Shown: positions 63,171 through 64,000 of the stretch, piece by piece
Numbering within the stretch: position 1 is the first letter of the stretch
Layout: each line of letters starts with the position of its first letter
From: an uncultured delta proteobacterium
GTDB taxonomy: Bacteria > Desulfobacterota > Binatia > UBA9968
Reading direction: 5' to 3'
Assembly: GCA_963745835.1 (NCBI GenBank)
Contig: CAVUZH010000016.1
Location: 32,001-96,000, forward strand
Length of the DNA: 64,000 nt
Position numbers and translations under genes: made by a program
The notes under the pieces: model-generated
Seen by the model: the letters and a program-made list of their open reading frames with translations, nothing else
What the model was told of the DNA's origin: nothing
Databases searched by the model: none

Positions 63171-63644
63171 ATGAAAAACCATGTTCTCGCAATTGTTGCG
63201 GTTGGCATCGGTATCTGTTTTTTGGGAGTCCCTGTGACTTCGGCCCAACATGTCGCACACGTGATGATTACTCCCAGCGATCTCAAGTGGTCCGACGTGC
63301 CATCGTTACCGCCGGGAGCCAAAATCGCTGTTATAGAAGGACCGATGAACGAAGCCGTGCCGTTTACCGTCCGAATCAGATTCCCAGCGGACTACAAGCT
63401 TCCTGCGCACTGGCATCCGGCGGTTGAGCGGGTAACCGTTCTATCCGGCACCTTTCACATGGGCGTCGGCGACAAATTTGATCCACAGAAGACGACTCCT
63501 TTAGCTTCTGGAAGTATCGCGATTATGCAACCGAAGACGAATCACTTCGCCTGGACCAAAGAAGAAACGGTCGTTCAACTCAACGGAGTTGGCCCCTGGG
63601 GCGTCACTTACGTCAACCCGAAAGACGATCCGAGGACGAAGTAG
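63171..63644 (+). CDS. exported cupin-domain protein
   Basis: Signal peptide; PAHWHP..ERVTVLSG..HFAW; AGGAGG RBS. Confidence 0.8.
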   Translation: MKNHVLAIVAVGIGICFLGVPVTSAQHVAHVMITPSDLKWSDVPSLPPGAKIAVIEGPMNEAVPFTVRIRFPADYKLPAHWHPAVERVTVLSGTFHMGVGDKFDPQKTTPLASGSIAIMQPKTNHFAWTKEETVVQLNGVGPWGVTYVNPKDDPRTK

Positions 63645-63793
63645 AAACCGAAGTTGCGATAGAAACTTGCTTGACAGCTCAGGATTGGAAGTCCCCAAGC
63701 AATCCGGGCACACGTAAAAATACGCCCGGTTGATCTGGTGTCGGAAAGTAGAACTTCTTGAATTGGAGAAATCGTAGAAAAGAGGGCGATTCA

Positions 63794-64000
63794 ATGTCGG
63801 AATTCCATGAGGGCGGATGTGTTTGTGACGCGGTACGGTATCGCGTCAACGGCGACCCACAAACTGCGTACGTGTGCCACTGCACTTTTTGCCAAAGGCG
63901 TACCGGCAGCGCATTTGCCGTAATCGTCTGGTTCGAAGAGGAGAATGTCGAATTAATGGGCGATGGGCCAACTATCTACGAACATCGGGTCGATGAGAAT
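63794..64000 (+). CDS. GFA (glutathione-dependent formaldehyde-activating) family protein, partial
   Basis: [30 protein letters not shown]. Confidence 0.85.
   Translation, partial: MSEFHEGGCVCDAVRYRVNGDPQTAYVCHCTFCQRRTGSAFAVIVWFEEENVELMGDGPTIYEHRVDEN

Noticed and set aside
1-64000. Mass pseudogenisation or programmed frameshifting (~20 split genes)
   Set aside because: Breaks are mostly single-base indels, often in homopolymers, in unrelated genes with intact motifs; typical of unpolished long reads. Read polishing would settle it

Overview
A 64-kb, ~55% GC bacterial chromosomal region. Gene content (many amidohydrolase-2 proteins, SsuA/NMT1-like binding proteins, LLM oxidoreductases, UbiD, Rieske and Mo enzymes) resembles Candidatus Binatia or related soil deltaproteobacteria; this taxonomy is inference. 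About 20 genes carry single-base frameshifts, most likely uncorrected long-read errors. Two things stand out. (1) A complete ~1.5-kb IS110-family element (57931-59428) inserted at a CT core inside a ~125-bp hairpin repeat. Its 230-bp left non-coding end contains a readable bridge RNA: target and donor loops whose guides match the flanks and element ends, handshake bases, and a TTGACA-17-TATATT promoter formed only on circularisation. (2) A ~24-kb co-oriented minus-strand cluster (32618-56551) with five paralogous heme-oxygenase-like (CADD/PqqC-type) diiron proteins interleaved with closely related solute-binding proteins and no permease/ATPase. It also holds two VOC proteins, a dienelactone hydrolase, an atypical M20 hydrolase, GGT, UbiD and a Mo-enzyme subunit, and may be an undescribed catabolic system. 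No rRNA, tRNA or CRISPR array was seen.
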